Assembly: GCA_019635975.1 (NCBI GenBank)
Contig: JAHBYM010000004.1
Coordinates: forward strand, 2,030 to 66,029
DNA from: Parvibaculum sp.
Lineage (GTDB): Bacteria > Pseudomonadota > Alphaproteobacteria > Parvibaculales > Parvibaculaceae
Direction of reading: 5' to 3'
DNA: 64,000 nucleotides
In this document: in pieces, positions 40,224 through 51,800 of the stretch
Layout of the letters: each line of letters starts with the position of its first letter
Position numbering within the stretch: position 1 is the first letter of the stretch
Position numbers and translations under genes: made by a program
Notes under the pieces: generated by a model
What the model was told of the DNA's origin: nothing
Seen by the model: the letters and a program-made list of their open reading frames with translations, nothing else
The model's database searches: none

Positions 40224-40886
40224 TCAGGTACCTTTCACGCCACACAGGATCGAGATCGATCCGGTAATCGTGTTGAACCGCTTGAGTTCGCGCGCGCCTG
40301 AAAAACCAGCTTCGATCATGAGCGGCACGAGCACACCATCTGCGTTGGGCTGCGTATCGGCTATGCCGTCGAGCTTCTGTATGGTCGCCCTGAACAGCTT
40401 GCGCATCAGCCATGAACTCTGCTTGCCATAGTCGGCAATATAGAGGCGGCCGCCTGTTGGGAGCACAGAGTGGATTTCCTGCAGTAGACGCAGCTTCTCA
40501 TCGAGAGGCACCTGATGAAGAACAAGACAGAGCGTCGCCAGGCTAGGCGCCGGCCAACCTGCGACCGCATCTGCTGAGAAAATCTCGTGTGCGAACTCGG
40601 CCTTTATGCCTGCACGGCGTGCCTTTTTGCGAGCGATGTCGATGGCATGCCGGTCCGGGTCGATGCCAAAATAGCGTGTAGCAGCGTTCTTCCTTGCCAG
40701 TAAAGGTGCCAAGCTGCCGGTCCCGGCGCCAATATCGAGAAGAACATCCTGATCCTTGGGTGACATCAGTTCAACTAGCGCGCTGCGCCATACCGTCTCA
40801 CGTGTCGAGAGGCGGACCCCAACATCATAAAGCGGTGTCAGAAAATGGTGCCCGGCGGGCGGCGTATAGGATCTGGTCTCCGGCAT
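40224..40886 (-). CDS. Class I SAM-dependent methyltransferase
   Basis: LLDIGAGTG, GIDPD, LVLHQV, GGRLYIADYG. Confidence 0.85.
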   Translation of the reverse strand: MPETRSYTPPAGHHFLTPLYDVGVRLSTRETVWRSALVELMSPKDQDVLLDIGAGTGSLAPLLARKNAATRYFGIDPDRHAIDIARKKARRAGIKAEFAHEIFSADAVAGWPAPSLATLCLVLHQVPLDEKLRLLQEIHSVLPTGGRLYIADYGKQSSWLMRKLFRATIQKLDGIADTQPNADGVLVPLMIEAGFSGARELKRFNTITGSISILCGVKGT

Positions 40887-41770
40887 CAGCTGTGCCCTCT
40901 GGTCTGCGACGGCGACAAGCCGGATTCGGGCGGTCGTTCTCTAAATGGTTCTACAAGTTGCGCGAGATATCTCTCCGGATAATCGGAGCGACCCGCAATG
41001 CCGACTTGTCCTGCGCGGATATAGTCACTGGATCGAAATTGTGCTGTCCCCAGCAGGACATCCCAGATCGTGAAAAACAGCCCAAAATTGACGTCTCCTT
41101 CCGTCGCTGACGCAATATGGTGATGGCGGTGCACCGGTGCGACAGCCCAAAGATAGGCGAGGGGACCAGGGCGCATGTCGAAATTTGAATGCTGCAGATG
41201 GAGCTGGATGGCGACCGCGAACGCCCCGACGATTGCGACATCCTGCGGAATGCCCATCAAGAGCCATGGCAAGGTGCCGACGGAAATCTCAATGAGCTGG
41301 TGAACGGGGTGCTTGAGCAGCCCGTTAAATCCATACATCCGGCGAACCGAATGATGGACCGCATGAAAGCGCCAGAGCAGCGGGATCCTGTGACTGGCGA
41401 AATGGGCAAAACTGATACCGGCGTCCAGCAGAAGGATAGCGAGCAGCAACTGCGCCCAGAATGGTAACGATGTCGGCCAAACGGAAGGCCAGGGAACGAG
41501 GCTGGCAATGAACGGTAGCAGAAGCACCAAAATCAGAATCGAGCTCTCGTTTACCAGGGCGTGAGCCATATCGCGCTTGGCGTCACCATGGCTGTGGTTC
41601 CATTCGGCTTCGAATGGCGCGATGCGCTCGGCTACGAGCGAGGTCGCAACTGCGACGATCAGCAGAGCGATGAGCCACAGGGGCGAAGCCCCGGTAGAAA
41701 CGAGCATCGCTGCGCCCGCGACAAAGGTCAGAAAATAAGCGGGTGCATAGAGTGAGCGAAAGAGGGTCAT
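40886..41770 (-). CDS. Sterol desaturase / fatty acid hydroxylase family membrane protein
   Basis: His boxes HFASH, HAVHH, HRHHH; NFG..FTIWD. Confidence 0.87.
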   Translation of the reverse strand: MTLFRSLYAPAYFLTFVAGAAMLVSTGASPLWLIALLIVAVATSLVAERIAPFEAEWNHSHGDAKRDMAHALVNESSILILVLLLPFIASLVPWPSVWPTSLPFWAQLLLAILLLDAGISFAHFASHRIPLLWRFHAVHHSVRRMYGFNGLLKHPVHQLIEISVGTLPWLLMGIPQDVAIVGAFAVAIQLHLQHSNFDMRPGPLAYLWAVAPVHRHHHIASATEGDVNFGLFFTIWDVLLGTAQFRSSDYIRAGQVGIAGRSDYPERYLAQLVEPFRERPPESGLSPSQTRGHS

Positions 41771-41847
41771 GGAAGCTCTCCAAAGCGAATTTATCCGCTT
41801 TGTGCTTGTTTTTGGGCGCTCGGTCTTGAACGATTCACTGATGGATG

Positions 41848-42540
41848 TCAGCGGATCACCGAAATTTCGAGCTGGGCGAGCCCAAGCGAAGGCGTGACCC
41901 CGAACCACTCCACAAGCCGACGCGTGAAATGGGCCTGATCGGAAAAGCCGCCGGCAGCGGCAGCGTCTGCGAGACTGCGGGATTGCCGAAGCGATTCAAT
42001 TGCTCGTTGCAGCTGCAGCCATTGAAGCAACTTGGTTGTTGGCACTCCAAAATCACGAATGGCCAATTCGCGCAGGCGCGTTGTCGATATCCCGACAACG
42101 TGCGCCAGCGTTGCGGGACTGATACCAGGCTCTATTTCGGACAAAATAGCTTGAAACCGGTGGTCGATTTGGCTGAAAGGAGCATGGCGCAGATAAGTGC
42201 TGACCCACCGCCGTGCGTCCTCCCCGCAGCGGACCACCTCAAGCGCTGCTGCCTCGTCCGGGCTTAGGCGGATGAGTCCTCGTTCCCGCGTTAGATCACG
42301 CACTCCTGTGAAGAGAGGATCGACATAAACGGTCCGAATAGCTTTTCCTACCGGGGCCAGGCAATGTGTCGTTCCGGCTGGAATGAGCACAGCCTCGCCT
42401 TGTGTAAATTCGAGCTGGTAGGTCCCACCAATCTCACAGTCCGGTTCAAGCGCAAGGCTGAATTGATGCGCCACATGGCTGTGCGGCCGATTATCACCCG
42501 TGCGGGCATCCAGCAAGGCCCAGCCCACGCCGAGCGTCAT
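41848..42540 (-). CDS. AraC family regulator
   Basis: Cupin-like N-terminus; AAAAGGFSDQAHFTR..FGVTPS. Confidence 0.87.
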   Translation of the reverse strand: MTLGVGWALLDARTGDNRPHSHVAHQFSLALEPDCEIGGTYQLEFTQGEAVLIPAGTTHCLAPVGKAIRTVYVDPLFTGVRDLTRERGLIRLSPDEAAALEVVRCGEDARRWVSTYLRHAPFSQIDHRFQAILSEIEPGISPATLAHVVGISTTRLRELAIRDFGVPTTKLLQWLQLQRAIESLRQSRSLADAAAAGGFSDQAHFTRRLVEWFGVTPSLGLAQLEISVIR

Positions 42541-42637
42541 CTGTCCTACCCAGGAGGCCAGCCCCTAAGCTAAATGTTGATTCGACGGAGCGCCGACAGT
42601 AACCTGTCGGCGTTTCCTGTTTTGAATCGGGGGCTTA

Positions 42638-44422
42638 GTGTCCGAGGGCGAGTCGATACCGGCGGCAAATGCCCCGAAGAAATCTTCGAGAGCGCAAACG
42701 CGCCGCCTCCCTCGCAATGTAGGGGTGTTTTCGGTCAATTTCTGCCGCAACGCGCAATGCCGGCTGTTCGGCATTGCGCCGGACCCGTATCGGCGCACCG
42801 GCCAAAGCCCGTCTCCCGGAAATCAGCCTCACGGGAAGATTACAGGCGCGGGCGATGACCGCTCGTTCTTCTGCCCGGCTTGCGGTCTTGCCCACGCGAT
42901 CAAATCAAATCACGCGATAGCGGAAGAGTATTCCCGCCTCTCGGACCTGTATAGGAGAACAAAACGGGAAACCTGTCCGAATGCCGTCTGCGGCAATCAT
43001 CGGCTCCCGATAGGCCTGATGCCGTCCGCCTACAGACTGTTCGGGAAGACCGCGAAGGGCGATGCCCGCTATCAATGCAAGGCCTGTCGCAAGACCTTTT
43101 CCATCGGGCTTCCCACCAGGCGGCACAAGAAGACGGACAAGACGGGCGCCATCATGCGCGGGCTGGTGAACAAGATGGCCATGAGCCGGCTATGCGAAAC
43201 AGCGCAGGTCACCTTTCCGCACATCCATTCCAAGATAGATTTCCTCTTCAACCAATGCCTGGCCTTCGCCGGAGAGCGGGAAGCGCGGCTTCACCAGTGC
43301 TTCGACGGCAAGGAGCCCTTCTTCTCGACCGACGCCCAGACAATCCTTGTGAACTGGCCGATCAAGAACCGGCGAGGAACAGTCCCGCTCCTTCACATGG
43401 CGACCGTTCACAAATCATCGCAGTTCGTGGTGGCGGCAACCATCGATTACGACCCGGATGTCGACCCGGACGAGCTGGAGAAGGCCATGGACGCCGCGGG
43501 CGACTTCGCCAGGCCCCGGTCGATGCGCCGGTTCGCGCGCCTCTGGCCAGCGAGCGAATACCGGGCATCGGTCGTGAAACGCTTGCCGCACATCTTCACG
43601 AGGGAAGACCTGGCTGCTGGCGGCAAATACGAACTGCCCGGCCGGGGCTCGCGTGTGCGGGGCGACATCTTCCACTACGCCCATATGATGCTCGTCAGGA
43701 AGCTGGTCGGACGCTCGTATCGCGTTGCGAATTTCTGCGTCGATGCGGAATCGGGACTTGCAAATGCAATCGCGGCGCTTTTGGTCGATGAGGTGAAAGC
43801 CGGCAAGGTCAATATCGCGGAGATTTCATTCTCGAAAGGCCTGACCAACGATGAGCGGGCGGCACTGGCGGTTGAAGGCCGCAAGCGCTACCGCGAGGAG
43901 CTGAAGCGCTTCGCGGCCGAGATTGCGCAAATCCAGGTCGAGTATCCCGATATCGAAGACGAGGAAGCGCTTGCGGTCCACATCCTTCGCCTCACCTGCG
44001 GCCCGGGTCCGCAACCGGCGCGCGGCAAGATGCTGGCGACAATTGGCCTGGACTGGCCATATCATTCCAAGGCGGAGCCGGAAAAGACCATCCGGCTGAA
44101 AACGGATATCGGCCTGATGGACTGGGACGGACTCGCGAAGTTCATGACGCGCGCAAGCATCCATCCGGTCGACGCCTATTTCAACCTTGCCCGCCGCCGC
44201 ATCGCGGGCTTCGAGCGCGGCCTTCCCACGGCCTCGAACAGGCAGCGCATCTGGCACGCCTACAGCTTCTACAATCCCGAGATGGTGCCCAAGCTTGCGA
44301 CGATCCTGCGCTTCTATCACAACTACATGCTGCCGCGAGGCAAAGAGAAAGCGACGCCGGCGATGAAGCTCGGGTTGGCGAGAGGCATTGTCTATGAACG
44401 CGATCTGTTCGGTTTTGGATAA
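42638..44422 (+). CDS. Large transposase-like protein with multiple Cys-pair zinc ribbons (IS1-like N-terminus)
   Basis: CRNAQC, CPAC, CPNAVC, RYQCKACRKTFS; STD, VDAE; C-terminal YHNY..TPAMKLGL. Confidence 0.6.
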   Translation: MSEGESIPAANAPKKSSRAQTRRLPRNVGVFSVNFCRNAQCRLFGIAPDPYRRTGQSPSPGNQPHGKITGAGDDRSFFCPACGLAHAIKSNHAIAEEYSRLSDLYRRTKRETCPNAVCGNHRLPIGLMPSAYRLFGKTAKGDARYQCKACRKTFSIGLPTRRHKKTDKTGAIMRGLVNKMAMSRLCETAQVTFPHIHSKIDFLFNQCLAFAGEREARLHQCFDGKEPFFSTDAQTILVNWPIKNRRGTVPLLHMATVHKSSQFVVAATIDYDPDVDPDELEKAMDAAGDFARPRSMRRFARLWPASEYRASVVKRLPHIFTREDLAAGGKYELPGRGSRVRGDIFHYAHMMLVRKLVGRSYRVANFCVDAESGLANAIAALLVDEVKAGKVNIAEISFSKGLTNDERAALAVEGRKRYREELKRFAAEIAQIQVEYPDIEDEEALAVHILRLTCGPGPQPARGKMLATIGLDWPYHSKAEPEKTIRLKTDIGLMDWDGLAKFMTRASIHPVDAYFNLARRRIAGFERGLPTASNRQRIWHAYSFYNPEMVPKLATILRFYHNYMLPRGKEKATPAMKLGLARGIVYERDLFGFG

Positions 44423-44613
44423 CAGGTGCGATAAGCACTACCCGGTTGATCAGGGCTCGGGCACTATGCTGCCGCCGGTCTATCGCAGGTTTGAATCTTC
44501 CATTCTCCTCGCGGTGACAGGTGCTCGATTCACTGTGGGAGGGAATATATCGTGTCGGCGCTGTCGAGTGTTGGCTATGGGGTGCCTCGCAACCTGGTTT
44601 TTATAGGAGAGGA

Positions 44614-44905
44614 TTAGAGGAACTCAAAGACTGCGACGGCGAGAAATACGACACCAGCGCCTCCTTCGAGCGATCGCGTCGCCCGGTCAATAAGCACAGG
44701 CTGTTCCGCAATAAATGTCAGAAGGTCTTGCTGCGCAAAAATACTTGCCCATGCGACGAAGCACAGGGTCACGACCACGTCGATCATCATGATGGCGGCG
44801 AAGGCGAGCCCCGCTCCGGGCGTCTCGCAGGATACCGAATACGTCATGACGAAGAGAGTGAGCGAACAGGGAACGAGGCCGGCAATCGCTCCGACGGCGA
44901 TCCTC
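44614..44905 (-). pseudogene. C-terminal fragment of NicO/RcnA-like nickel/cobalt transporter
   Basis: AGLVPCSLTLFVMTYSV..GAGLAFA hydrophobic fragment without plausible N-terminus. Confidence 0.55.
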
Positions 44906-44980
44906 CTGCCGCAGGGGCAACCGGGTCGAAGCGCAGGTCGCCCGCTACCAGTTCGTTTCAACTTTTTCCGGCTTCGCACT

Positions 44981-45025
44981 TAAATCTAAGGCTCCAGACG
45001 AAATATGTCCGGAACCGGAGATTTA
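44981..45025. repeat. Imperfect 45-bp palindrome, left partner of 59626-59672
   Basis: TAAATCTAAGGCTCCAGACG-AAATA-TGTCCGGAACCGGAGATTTA. Confidence 0.75.
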
Positions 45026-45304
45026 GCGCGGAACTGGAAGAAGGTAGTGGTGCGAAACGACAATCGGAAAACGGCCTTGCCTGTCGATATCGCCGGGGTC
45101 TTCCAGACCGTTCATCCGAATTCCATTGATGAAAGCGAAGAGCCCACAATGCCGGGGTAGTGGCTGCTTGAGAGACAGGACCCTCAGCCTGCTGCCAATC
45201 TTTCAATGAGCCAGAATAATCGGAGGCCCGCGCGAAGTTTGGCGATTCCGTCGGGCCAATTCCTTGTTTGCCCGCCTTGTAGGCGTTTTTCGGCACCGAG
45301 GGGA

Positions 45305-46099
45305 TTAACGGGCCATAAACCAGGACAGATCGGACGTCTTGAGCAATTCTCTGGTCACGCCGCCCAAAACGCGCTGGGCAAGGGGACCGCGACTGTAAAT
45401 TCCGGCGACAATCATGTCCGCGTTCTCCCGCTGTGCATGGCCGATGAGCTCGGCGCAGACGTCTTGCTCCGAATGCGAAAGGTGCAGGTGGCTTGCCGTC
45501 ACATCATGCCGGCATAGATGTTCGGCAACCGCTTCGAGTTGTGCAACGGTTGTCTCGTTTCCAACCCCGACGACGGTCACCTTGTCAGCGCGCTTCAGGA
45601 TAGGCAATGCGTCATGTAAAGCGCGACGTGCCTGCGGGCACCCTTTCCACGCCACAAGAACGCTGGAAAAGCGACCTGTCACTGAGGCGGAGCCTAGTCG
45701 TAAAACGGGCGCGCCAGATCCTAGCGCGAGATTTGCCGGCTCGGGCGCAACGTTACCATGGCCTTCGGCTGCGCTCGTGATCAGGAGATCGGCGGTCAAG
45801 AGATGCTCACCCAACACTGTGGTCGGATCACCGACTCCCGAACACCATTCAACGTTAATCGACGTATCCTCGAAAACGCGATCGAAGGCGGCGCGCGTGA
45901 CGTATAGCGCCTCCTGCATCTGCCTCTCGGCGATGAGCCTGTTCCCGGCAAGCACATCTGCGGCAGTTGTGACCGGCCAAGCATAAGCGACGACGAACAG
46001 CCTTGCGTCAAATGCGATGGCCATTTCACGCGCCAGTTCAAGCGTCCGCGGAATGTCGTTTCTGGGGCAAGCATCAACGACAATGTCACGAAAACTCAT
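45305..46099 (-). CDS. Universal stress protein (tandem Usp)
   Basis: VLVAWKGCPQARRALHDALP, ADMIVAGIY..VLGGVTRELL. Confidence 0.87.
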   Translation of the reverse strand: MSFRDIVVDACPRNDIPRTLELAREMAIAFDARLFVVAYAWPVTTAADVLAGNRLIAERQMQEALYVTRAAFDRVFEDTSINVEWCSGVGDPTTVLGEHLLTADLLITSAAEGHGNVAPEPANLALGSGAPVLRLGSASVTGRFSSVLVAWKGCPQARRALHDALPILKRADKVTVVGVGNETTVAQLEAVAEHLCRHDVTASHLHLSHSEQDVCAELIGHAQRENADMIVAGIYSRGPLAQRVLGGVTRELLKTSDLSWFMAR

Positions 46100-46246
46100 G
46101 GAATTGACTCCTGTGCCAAAGTTTTTCTTGCCCGAAGATTCCCATGTTCCGACACGCATCAGTATGGAAATCTGTGTAACGGTCCCGCATTCTCGCTTCA
46201 GGCTTGGCATGCGTGTGGCCTGTCTCTGATCAGTGGTCGCTCAGCC

Positions 46247-48676
46247 TCATACTTCTTTCCGGTATGCGAGCAGCCTCAGCGCATTGAACACAACGAGCAG
46301 CGTCGATCCCTCATGGACAGCGACAGCGGCACCGATGCCAAGGCCCATGATCGTCAACGGAACTAGCAGCGCAACCACGCCGAGGCTCACGATCACATTC
46401 TGCAGGACCACGGCCCGTGCGGTCCGGCTCAGCCCCACCGCAAAAGGAAGATGAGAGAGATCATCGGCCATGAGCGCCACGTCCGCTGTCTCCAGGGCAA
46501 CGTCGGAGCCGGCCGCGCCCATGGCGATGCCGACCGTCGCTGTCGCCATGGCGGGCGCGTCATTGACGCCATCGCCAACCATGGCGACTTTGCCTTCGGA
46601 TCGGAGCTTCTTGATCGCCTCGACCTTGTCCTGCGGCATCAGATCGCCCCATGCCTCGTCTATGCCAACCTGACCGGCAATGGCCTCGGCAACCTTTTGA
46701 TGGTCGCCAGATATCATGATCAGCCGCTTGATGCCGAGTTCGTGAAGGCGGGCGAGCGCGATCTTCGCGGCCTCGCGCGGCGTATCCATCAGCCCGATGG
46801 CGCCGATGTCGCGGTCGCCGCGCCGGACCACCATTGTCGTTCGGCCCCCCTCACGCAGCCTCGCGATAGTCTTCTGCATGGCATCCGACAGTGGCGCGAT
46901 GCCCTCGGCCCCGAACATTTCCGCCTTGCCGATCAACACAGTTTCGCCACCGACGCGCGCCGACACACCACGTCCGGTCAGGCTGTCGAGGCCGTCCGCC
47001 TCCGGCACCGGCTTGCCGCCCAGCCGCTCGCGTCCATCCCGCGCAATGGCGCGGGCGAGCGGATGGTCGCTGAGGCTTTCCACGGCAACCGCGACCGCCA
47101 GCAATTCATTTTCGGTCACGCCATGAGCCGGCACGATATCGGTGATCCGCGGGGTTCCGGACGTCAGCGTGCCGGTCTTGTCGAAGGCAATCGCGGTCAG
47201 GGATCCCAGATTTTCCAGCGGAGCGCCGCCCTTGACCAGCACACCGCCGCGCGCGGCCCGCGCGACGCCGGAGAGAACCGCGCTCGGGGTTGCGATCGCA
47301 AGCGCGCAGGGGCTGGCGGCGACCAGAACCGCCATGGCGCGATAAAAGGTGTCGCGGAACGGTTCGTCGATCACCAGTCCGGCGAACAGTAAAATGACCG
47401 CCAACGCCAGTACCACCGGCACGAAGATATGCTCGAATTTGTCGGTGAAGCGCTGCGTCGGCGATTTTTGGGTCTCGGCCTCGCTGACCATCTTCACGAC
47501 CTTTGCGAGGGTCGTGTCGGAAGACTTGCGCGTAACTTCGATCTCGATAGCGCCATTGCCGTTGATGGTGCCCGCGAAGACGCGGTGGGCCGCATTGACC
47601 TTGTCGGGATTGGCCCGCGCCGCGTCCGCATCGCTCACCGGCCGCTTGTCCACGGGGATGCTTTCGCCGGTGACCGGCGCCTGATTGACGCTGCTGACGC
47701 CCTTGATCAGGAAACCGTCAGCGGGTAGCCGCAAATCCGGCTTGACGATCACGATGTCGCCGACGGCGAGATCCTCTACCGGTACCTCTCGCAATTCGCC
47801 GTCGCGCCGTACCAGTGCGGTCCTTGGCGCGAGCTTCGCCAGAGCCTCGATTGCCTGCTTCGCGCGTCCCATGGCGTAGTGCTCAAGGGCATGACCAAGG
47901 CTGAACAGGAACAACAGCAGAGCCCCCTCCGCCCAGGCACCAAGGACAGCGGCGCCGGCCGCCGCCACCAGCATCAGGGTGTCGATCTCAAACTTCTTCA
48001 GGCGCAGGTTCTCTATCGCCTCACGCAAGGTGAAGAGACCGCCAAAGAAATAGGCACCGAGATAACAGGCGAAGGGTAGCCAGGCCGGGACCGTCAGAAG
48101 CTTCCCGATGAGATAGCCCCCGGCGAGCAGAGCACCACAAAGCAAGGAAAAGATCAGCTCGGTGTTCGCTCCGAATGCGCCGCCTTCGTGATCATGACCG
48201 GCATGCTCATCCGCCCGGGAATCCCTTTCCGGCCTTGCGCCGCCGGTTTGCAACTTGTCGAGTTTGCCCTTGAGTGTCGCCTCGGATGTGGCTGATCTAT
48301 CGAACTCCACGCGCACGGTGCCGGTGGCGCTCGCTTCAGCCTCTATCACGCCGTCGAGCGTTCTCAGCCGTTCGGCAATGGACCGCGCTCGCCGCTGGTG
48401 CGGAATATCAAGCTGCCAGACCGCGTGCCCATACCGTTCCGAGATCCTGGCGCCCGCGGCGGCGATCAGGTCGCGGATACGCGGCAGCGGCAGGATGTCA
48501 GGATCGTAATGTATGCAAAGCCGCGCCGGTTCGCCGTCCACGCCCGCCACGACATGCGCGTCTTCCACTCCTTCCTTCCCCGCAATCTGCTCAATCAGGA
48601 TCTGGACGCAGGCGTCGGCGGCGGTGTTGACCTCCGGCAACAGGATCGGAATGTCCAGGCGAAGTTTCTCGGTCAT
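46247..48676 (-). CDS. Heavy-metal P1B-type ATPase, P1B-4 (CzcP-like)
   Basis: TGES, SPC, DKTGT, GDGVND, HEGST. Confidence 0.92.
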   Translation of the reverse strand: MTEKLRLDIPILLPEVNTAADACVQILIEQIAGKEGVEDAHVVAGVDGEPARLCIHYDPDILPLPRIRDLIAAAGARISERYGHAVWQLDIPHQRRARSIAERLRTLDGVIEAEASATGTVRVEFDRSATSEATLKGKLDKLQTGGARPERDSRADEHAGHDHEGGAFGANTELIFSLLCGALLAGGYLIGKLLTVPAWLPFACYLGAYFFGGLFTLREAIENLRLKKFEIDTLMLVAAAGAAVLGAWAEGALLLFLFSLGHALEHYAMGRAKQAIEALAKLAPRTALVRRDGELREVPVEDLAVGDIVIVKPDLRLPADGFLIKGVSSVNQAPVTGESIPVDKRPVSDADAARANPDKVNAAHRVFAGTINGNGAIEIEVTRKSSDTTLAKVVKMVSEAETQKSPTQRFTDKFEHIFVPVVLALAVILLFAGLVIDEPFRDTFYRAMAVLVAASPCALAIATPSAVLSGVARAARGGVLVKGGAPLENLGSLTAIAFDKTGTLTSGTPRITDIVPAHGVTENELLAVAVAVESLSDHPLARAIARDGRERLGGKPVPEADGLDSLTGRGVSARVGGETVLIGKAEMFGAEGIAPLSDAMQKTIARLREGGRTTMVVRRGDRDIGAIGLMDTPREAAKIALARLHELGIKRLIMISGDHQKVAEAIAGQVGIDEAWGDLMPQDKVEAIKKLRSEGKVAMVGDGVNDAPAMATATVGIAMGAAGSDVALETADVALMADDLSHLPFAVGLSRTARAVVLQNVIVSLGVVALLVPLTIMGLGIGAAVAVHEGSTLLVVFNALRLLAYRKEV

Positions 48677-48877
48677 GCTTGCCTATCCTCTTGCCAGCGC
48701 GGGTTCGGGTTCTTAGAAGCAGGTCCAATGTGATTCAATCGACCATTGTTGATCCAGACGAGCCAGGCGATTGATTTTCTTTTCATTCCGGATCCTCGGA
48801 GAAGCGTCGAAAGATGCCCCCCGGCCGGGACACGGAAGCCCGGCCGGGGGTGCCGCCATCGGGTCCGCACGGACCCG

Positions 48878-51800
48878 TCAGGCTGCTCGTTCTTCTTCGT
48901 CCCGCGCATGGGCGAGGCGGTAGATCGCGGGCAGCACGAGCAGCGTGAGGATGGTGGAGGACAGGATGCCGCCGATCACCACCGTGGCGAGCGGGCGCTG
49001 CACCTCCGCGCCCGCGCTTGTCGCCAGCGCCATAGGCACGAAGCCGAGCGAGGCAACGAGCGCCGTCATCAGCACCGGGCGGAGCCGCGTCATGGCCCCC
49101 TGCCGGATCGCTTCATCGAGGGGAAGACCCCGCGCCCGCAGGTTCTTGATGAAGCTGATGATGACGAGGCCGTTCAGCACCGCGACGCCCGAGAGCGCGA
49201 TGAAGCCGACGCCCGCCGAGATCGAGAGCGGCATGCCCCGAAGCGCCAGCGCCGCGAGCCCGCCCGTGAGCGCGAGCGGTACGCCCGAGAAAACGAGCAG
49301 CGCGTCCCTCGCCGTGCCGAGGCTCGCGAAGAGCAAAGCGAAGATCAGCACCAGCGCTGCGGGCACGACGATGGAAAGCCGCTTCGCCGCCGAGACGAGC
49401 TGCTCGAACTGCCCGCCCCATTCGAACCAGTAGCCGGGCGGCAATTGCACCTGCGCCGCCACGGCAGCCCGCGCCTCGTCCACGAAGGAGCCGAGGTCGC
49501 GCTCGCGGATATTGGCCGTCACCGTGATCCGCCGCTTGCCGTTCTCGCGGCTGATCTGGTTCGGTCCGGGCGCGAGGGCGATCTCCGCCACCTCGCGGAG
49601 CGGTACGACGCGCGGCATGCCTTCGCCGAAGGGTGAATAGGAGGCAGGCGCGAAACGGTCCTCCGCTTCATGTGCCGGCGGTAGCGGAATCGGCAGTTCC
49701 CGCAGGCGGTCCATATCCTGCCGGAGTGTCTCAGGCAGGCGCACGAAAACGGGCGTACGCCAATCTCCTTCATAAAAGGTACCTGCCCGCGCGCCGCCTA
49801 TCGCCGCCTGCACGACCGTCTGTATCTCCGCGACGGAGAGCCCGAAGCGGGCCGCCACATCGCGCTTCACCTCGATGGAGAGGACGGGAAGCCCCTCCAC
49901 CTGCTCCACCTGCACGTCGGTCGCGCCTTCGATCCGTTGAACGATAGCGGCCACCTCGTTCGCAGAGGCGAGGAGCTTGTCCATATCGTCGCCGAATATC
50001 TTGATGCCGACATCCGAACGGACGCCCGAGATGAGCTCGTTGAAGCGGAGCTCGATGGGCTGCGAGACCTCGTAATTCGCTCCCGGTATGGCGGCGAGCT
50101 TCTCGTCTATCTCCTGCAGAAGCTCGGCTTTCCGCTTGCGCGGGTTCGGCCAGGAGGAGCGCGGTTCGATCATCACATAGGCGTCCGAGATGCTGGGCGG
50201 CATAGGGTCGGTTGCAACTTCCGCCGTGCCCGTCCTTGCGAAGACCTCCCGCACTTCGGGAAGCTCGATCAGTGCCCTTTCGACCTGTTTCTGCATCTCC
50301 ACCGATTGCGTAAGGCTCGTGCCCGGCATGCGGAGCACCTGCACCGCAACGTCGCCCTCGTCGAGCCTCGGGATGAACTCGGTGCCGAAGCGCGTCGCGC
50401 CGAGCGCGGCCACGAGCACGAGCGCCGCCGCCGCGATGGCGATTGTCTTCTGACGGCCAAGCGCGAAGCGAAGTGCTGGCTGGTAACCCTTCTGCGCCCA
50501 GCGCATGATGAGGCTCTCCTTCTCCTCCACATCGCCGCGCACGAAAATGGCGATGGCCGCCGGAACGAAAGTGACCGCCAGCGCCATTGCCCCGAGAAGC
50601 GCGAGGACGACCGTGACCGCCATAGGCGTGAACATTTTTCCTTCCACGCCGGTCAATGTGAGGATCGGCAGATAGACGACCGTGATGATGAAGGAGCCGA
50701 ACATGGCCGGCGTTATCACCTCGCGCGTCGCGTCCACCACCACAGCGAAGCGTTCGTCGAGGCCGAGTGTGCGCCCCAGATGCTTCCGTTCTTCGGAAAG
50801 ACGTCTCAAGCAATTCTCTGTGATGATGACGGCGCCATCCACGATCAGGCCGAAGTCGATGGCGCCGAGGCTCATCAGGTTGGCGCTGATGCGGTACTCC
50901 ACCATGCCCGTCACCGCGATCAGCATGGAAAGCGGAATGACAGCGGCGGTGATGAGCGCCGCCCGGATACTTCGCAACAGCATGAAAAGGACAACGATGA
51001 CGAGCACCGCGCCTTCCACGAGATTGTTACGGACGGTGGCGATGGTCTTCTGGACGAGATCGGTGCGGTCGTAGAGCGTTTCGATTGTCACGCCGTCGGG
51101 CAGGTTTCGCTCGATCTGCTTCAGCTTGCCGCGAACGGCGCTTGCCACTTCGCGGCTGTTCTCGCCCATCAGCATCACAGCGGTGCCGAGAACGGTTTCC
51201 TCGCCGTCATGCGTCGCCGCGCCGGTGCGGAGCTCCTTGCCGAAGGTCACTTCCGCGACATCGTGGATATAGATTGGCCTGCCATTATGCGTGCCGAGCA
51301 GCACCTCGCCGAACTCCGCCGCATCGCCAAGCTGGCCCGGCAGGCGGATCAGATATTGCTCTCCGTTCCGCTCGATATAGCCCGCGCCCTGATTGACGTT
51401 GTTGTCCTCGAGCGCCTTCGCGACATCGGCGAAGGAGAGATTGAAGGAGGTGAGCCGGTAAGGGTCGGGCACGACATGGATCTGCCGCTCATAACCGCCG
51501 ATGGCATTTACCTCGACCACGCCCGGAACGGTGCGCAGTTGCGGACGCACCATCCAGTCATGGATCGCGCGCAGGTCCGAGAGCGTATAGGGCACGCCTT
51601 CAGCATTGCGCGCATCCGGAGCGGCCTCCATGCGGTACATGTAGATTTCGCCGAGGCCGGTCGAAACCGGGCCCATGGCCGTTTCGACGTCGGGCGGCAA
51701 CTCGCCGGAAACGGCCTGAATACGTTCGCCAATCAACTGCCGCGCGCGGTAGATGTCCGTGCCGTCCACGAAGACGACCGTGACCTGCGACAGGCCGTAG

